A DNA stretch of 64,000 nt from Ramazzottius varieornatus. Taxonomy: Eukaryota; Animalia; Tardigrada. Both the position numbers and the translations under genes were made by a program. The stretch spans positions 5,384,448 to 5,448,447 of the forward strand of contig BDGG01000002.1 in the NCBI GenBank assembly GCA_001949185.1, written 5' to 3'. Shown here one piece after another: positions 63,301 through 64,000 of the stretch. Each line of letters begins with the position of its first letter. Positions within the stretch are counted from its first letter, which is position 1. Below the pieces are notes generated by a model. It did no database searches and was not told the origin of the DNA. It was given only the letters and a program-made list of their open reading frames with translations.

Positions 63301-63393
63301 GCCACCTGAGGAAGCATCGGAAGACGACTGTCCAGCTGAGCCGTTCTCCTGCTCCGAGTACATGCCACTCGGGCCGCCGTAGTTGGCGTTCAT
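60342..63393 (-). CDS. STRN: Striatin / Cka (STRIPAK scaffold; coiled coil plus WD40)
   Basis: YSLPGVLHYLQHEWSRFELDRAQWEVERAELQARAAFLQGERK, TLRSHFDGVR, EPVYTFRGH, MVAHLDAVSCLAVDPNGLYLITGSHD, ASAGADGVAKVY. Confidence 0.96.
61497..61675. repeat. Palindromic intronic repeat, family A copy 4 (striatin intron; composite with two inner hairpins)
   Basis: caaacaaactcgacaagattgtaatcccaagtagcgca...tgcgctact...agtggcgcac...gtgcgtcacttcgaaaaaaaatcttgtcaaacgtgtttaccta. Confidence 0.7.
62168..62284. repeat. Palindromic intronic repeat, family A copy 5 (striatin intron)
   Basis: gaacctaggcaaacagacttgacaagatcgtttcccaagtggcgcacgc...gcgtacgtcacttgggaaacagtcttatcgacattgttcgtaggttc. Confidence 0.85.
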
Positions 63394-64000
63394 AGCGCAG
63401 AAATCCCGCTTCGTCAGGCAGATGTTGCTCTCCTGTACAGAGCAAACACTGGTGGTTCCATAAATTTCCAGGGGAAAAGCTCCAGCACCACAGATTCACT
63501 TACTGGTTGGAACGCGCGAAATGTCCGTCAATCAATCGAACCAGCAGCAACGAAATGCTATCCAGCTTCCCCGAAGAAATTGAACACAGGACGTTTCCGT
63601 TTGAGCGCTGCGTGTCTCCTCCAACGTTATGGTGTTGCCAACGTTCTGAGATTCAGGGAGTCCTCATCGTGAATACCTGATTTCTGTACATGGAATACTT
63701 GACTGGAGTACTCAAACAACTTGAAACATTTTACAGGAACGACATCCGTTTATACTGTGATTGAACAGAACAGGCTGATCAAGAAATGGGAAGAGCAAAA
63801 TCAATGCTTGAGTGCTCTAGCCTTTCAGGCTCTCACTGCAGCTTGCATCTTGGCTTGATTACTCGGCTCGACAGCCCGACTCGGTCTTGCCAGAGACGTC
63901 GGTTCCAGTTAAAGTCTTCCGGGGACTGCCCTTCGACCGCATTGAAGTCTGGCAAACTTCAGTGGGGAGGTTGATATCAAACTTGACTAGCGTAGGATAT

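Noticed and set aside
1-64000. CRISPR arrays, operons, prokaryotic or horizontally acquired genes
   Set aside because: All recognisable genes are intron-containing metazoan types; no repeat-spacer array or bacterial-like ORF was seen.

Overview
Eukaryotic (animal) genomic DNA from a very compact, gene-dense genome of moderate GC. Most introns are 50-100 nt GT-AG. The gene set and compactness suggest an invertebrate, possibly a tardigrade or similar ecdysozoan (inference only). About 18 spliced protein-coding genes can be reconstructed by eye: extended synaptotagmin, ELP6, nischarin, MRPS18A, ATP23, sorbitol dehydrogenase, Nup93, GALNT11-like, a secreted Cys-rich protein, a divergent CTR9-like gene, TAF3, an FNDC5/irisin-like membrane protein, PXK, DSTYK, CapZ-alpha, TBC1D25, an LMO/Beadex gene and striatin, plus an orphan SNARE-like ORF. 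No tRNA, rRNA, CRISPR or autonomous transposon was seen. The notable non-coding signals are: (i) a ~115-180 bp palindromic repeat family with five copies, all inside introns; (ii) many longer-than-modal introns that contain long imperfect inverted repeats, possibly folding back to a short effective length; (iii) two non-autonomous TIR elements sharing TA|TAGAG(A/T)TTGCGA ends; (iv) a 63-nt in-frame intron with a tandem-duplication signature in the Ca2+-binding loop of the E-Syt C2A domain; (v) a GC-AG intron in ATP23. Gene coordinates are start-to-stop spans including introns and were assembled manually.
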